Part shown: piece after piece, positions 61,583 through 64,000 of the stretch
How positions within the stretch are numbered: the first letter of the stretch is position 1
How the letters are laid out: each line of letters starts with the position of its first letter
Assembly (NCBI GenBank): GCA_026023565.1
Contig: JAPETS010000001.1
Coordinates: forward strand, 186,001 to 250,000
Reading direction: 5' to 3'
DNA from: Cirrosporium novae-zelandiae
Taxonomy: Eukaryota
Length of the DNA stretch: 64,000 bases
Notes under the pieces: generated by a model
The model's input: only the letters and a program-made list of their open reading frames with translations
What the model was told of the DNA's origin: nothing
The model's database searches: none
Position numbers and translations under genes: made by a program

Positions 61583-62505
61583 TTAAATGTAATCGTCAGT
61601 CGCTTCAACTAAGCCATTATAATACATAGAAATGGCACTCTCCCTTGGCCCCAAACCCAAATTTGAAATCGCAATCTCAACTTGCCTAAATGTAATGCCC
61701 AGGCAGTAAAATTCCGAGTCATAGAAATCAGGATCTGTTGGGAGAATCGTCCATACACAAATATCACACACTGCATCTGTTATTGTCCCGCTGACCAATT
61801 TGGCCAACTTTTGCTGTTCGAGAAAGGAGTCATCAGAGAAAGTGCACTTGCAGTTGGAGCAAAGTTTGGAAGTAGTGTTGGGGTCGGCCAGGGGAGGGCG
61901 TGGGGTTGGGGTTGGGGATTCTGTGGGCAAGGACTGGGAGGAAGTGTCATTGGACAGTGGTAATGATGACGACGGAATAGCAGTAGTAATAGTAGCAATA
62001 TTCAAATTTTCATTCAAGTTCTCCTTCGGTGGGAGGATGGATGGTGTATTTGCGGTTCTCTGAGCTATCGGTGTGACTTCTTCGAGAATGTGTCTTATGG
62101 TGTTTCGGTTTTCTTCCATGCGCGCGAATGTGATCTTCAACTTTTCTTCGAGGCTTCTGAGTGCGGTGATAGTGCTATCTGGGTTTTGATCTGAGTCTGA
62201 GTCTGAGTCTGAGCCTGGGTGTGGTTCTTGGTCTGGGTGTGTAGAACTCAAGGCTTTAGGAGCTTTAGTCCTTTTGATAGTCTTCCTACGTCGTGCAGGT
62301 TTGGCATCTTGAGCATTTTTGGTGGGTTTAGTCATTGCGGCATCTTGGGTTCTCCTATTTTTAGAATCTTCACTATCGTCAGTTTGAGTAGTCTTGTCTT
62401 TGGTCGATATGTTATACTGCTCTAGGTATTGTTGATGAAGCATTTCCCATCAATAGATTTCCACATATAGGGTAGGCCACGCTTACCATTTTGTAGGGAG
62501 GCCAT
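61583..62505 (-). CDS. Hypothetical protein with coiled-coil and C-terminal CxxC...CxxC motif; probable exons 62505-62487, 62421-61583
   Basis: 286-codon ORF. An upstream ATG with GTAAGC donor and CTAG acceptor joins it in frame. No family recognised. Confidence 0.55.
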
Positions 62506-63065
62506 AGCTCCTTTCTTTGTGCGATCGGATAAGCTCAAGATACAGAATAAGGAATATCAAAAAGCGAGATGCAAAAATATTTATATTGGGTTTGCATGCC
62601 AATCAACATGCTTTGTATAAAGAGTTGGCAAGATTGAAATTATCTGGACAGATAGTAGTTCGAGTCACGATGACACTTCAAACCAGGGCAAATTTAGATA
62701 GGAAATAACGATGTATGTTTGTTACAAGCGTTAAGGCAGATAAGACCACCTTCTAATGTTTTGACACAGCTGAGACTCGGAAGGAACTCTGAAGGGGAAT
62801 AGATTCAACCCATGAAAAGCTGAGTATAATAGTGGAAAACAGGAATTCATATTTAGGTACGTTGTAAGGTTCCCAGGTCGAAGGACATGAAACTATATTT
62901 TGGGTGTTGATATAGTTAGCCAGGATACTCAAAGATTGGGGCTACAAATATCAGCAAAGTAGATAGAAGGTTAGTTTAAGATATACACTCGCCCCCTCCA
63001 TAGGCTGCCGTCTGGTTCAAATACACTGAATATAATCCTCATTAGATTTTCTATTAGCGTCACTA

Positions 63066-64000
63066 CTAAGTGCAGGGGGAATCGACTATCTCAATGGACA
63101 GATTTCGCGATATTTGACCATCATATGCCAAAGCCATAGCCATACCATCAGGTTTATAAGCTTCCCACCCAAGGTTTGGTAAGCCATCAATAGGGTCTGA
63201 AGCAAATGCTAGCCACAAATCTTGCATATGCTGACTTACAGCTACTTCGTATGGCGTTGAAGCTCCACGATAATTACCATGGGTTCCAAATATCAGGGGA
63301 AGTTCAGAGCTATGATATGCACCTTGCCAAGCTCGAGGTGAGATGTTGCTAAAGTTCCCATTGTACCAGTAGCGGAATGTTGTCGCTCCAACGGCATAGC
63401 GATTACTTGTTGTTTTGACAGACGGACAGAGGAAGACAGAGTCAGTTTCTATGTCAACAAGGGTGAGGTTAGGCCCAGAGACATCATATGTAACTAATGA
63501 TGTGCCTTCATCAGCATTCGTGCCAATAATAGCGGGCTTCTTAGTAAAATGGCCGCCAAGGGCTCGTGAGGTGAAGTTCGAGAACTTGGTGACCTCGTCG
63601 TCAACTGGACCGAAAGAGATTGACGGAGAAGTTTCGTTGTCTACATAGCCAAGGAGGAATTCTTCGATGACCTCGTATGAAACATTGCGCATGCAAGCTA
63701 ACTCAGCCGCGGCGCTTAGACTGCCTGAGCAACCTACTTCGGAGGCGACAAAGGTAAAGTTGGAATGCGTTGTATCCGTGTTCTCGCTGGGGAGAAGAGC
63801 GGATCCAGAATCCATAACTAGACTGTTGATTATAGGATCATCAGGATAGGCAAAATCATAATAACCCACTGACATTCTAATACCATTCTATTAGTAAATC
63901 CACGTTTAATGATAAATGGGCCTCGTTATACATACGCCCCTGCCGACTGCCCCCAAAGGGTGATTCTAGATGCGTCGCCGCCAAAAGCTGCAATGTTATC
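63066..64000 (-). CDS. Type-B carboxylesterase/cholinesterase-family alpha/beta hydrolase (3' part only; 5' end lies beyond the window)
   Basis: NIAAFGGDASRITLWGQSAGA (nucleophile Ser, across intron 63935-63877), IGTNADEG (acid) and GAYHSSELPLIFG (His). Confidence 0.92.

Overview
Intron-containing genomic DNA from a filamentous ascomycete (Pezizomycotina-like; species not determinable), with about 17 protein-coding genes modelled by hand from splice signals. The main theme is an N-acetylglucosamine (GlcNAc) utilisation cluster split in two. The left block (0.3-6 kb) has dac1 and an Ngs1-type GH3-GNAT sensor. The right block (47-55.7 kb) has GlcNAc kinase hxk3, transporter ngt1 and deaminase dam1, joined tail-to-tail (75 bp) to the choline-to-glycine-betaine pair badA/codA. 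The ~41 kb between the blocks holds a Fhit/Hnt2 hydrolase, an alpha-1,3-glucan synthase, MTP18, a divergent TauD dioxygenase/MFS sulfur-scavenging pair, a secreted Lys/Thr/Cys-rich protein, an EEP phosphatase, a pseudogene and mobile DNA. The mobile DNA comprises a 461-bp hAT-type MITE with perfect 22-bp TIRs and an 8-bp TSD inserted in an ORF, a decayed relative of it, and a 302-bp solo LTR with a 5-bp TSD. Smaller oddities include a start codon split by an intron, a 7-nt microexon, three GC-AG introns, two orphan proteins sharing a CxxC-x7-SF-x-EQ...CxxC motif, and abrupt C-rich to G-rich switches inside several genes. No convincing tRNA, rRNA or CRISPR was found. Functional calls come from motif recognition, not database searches.
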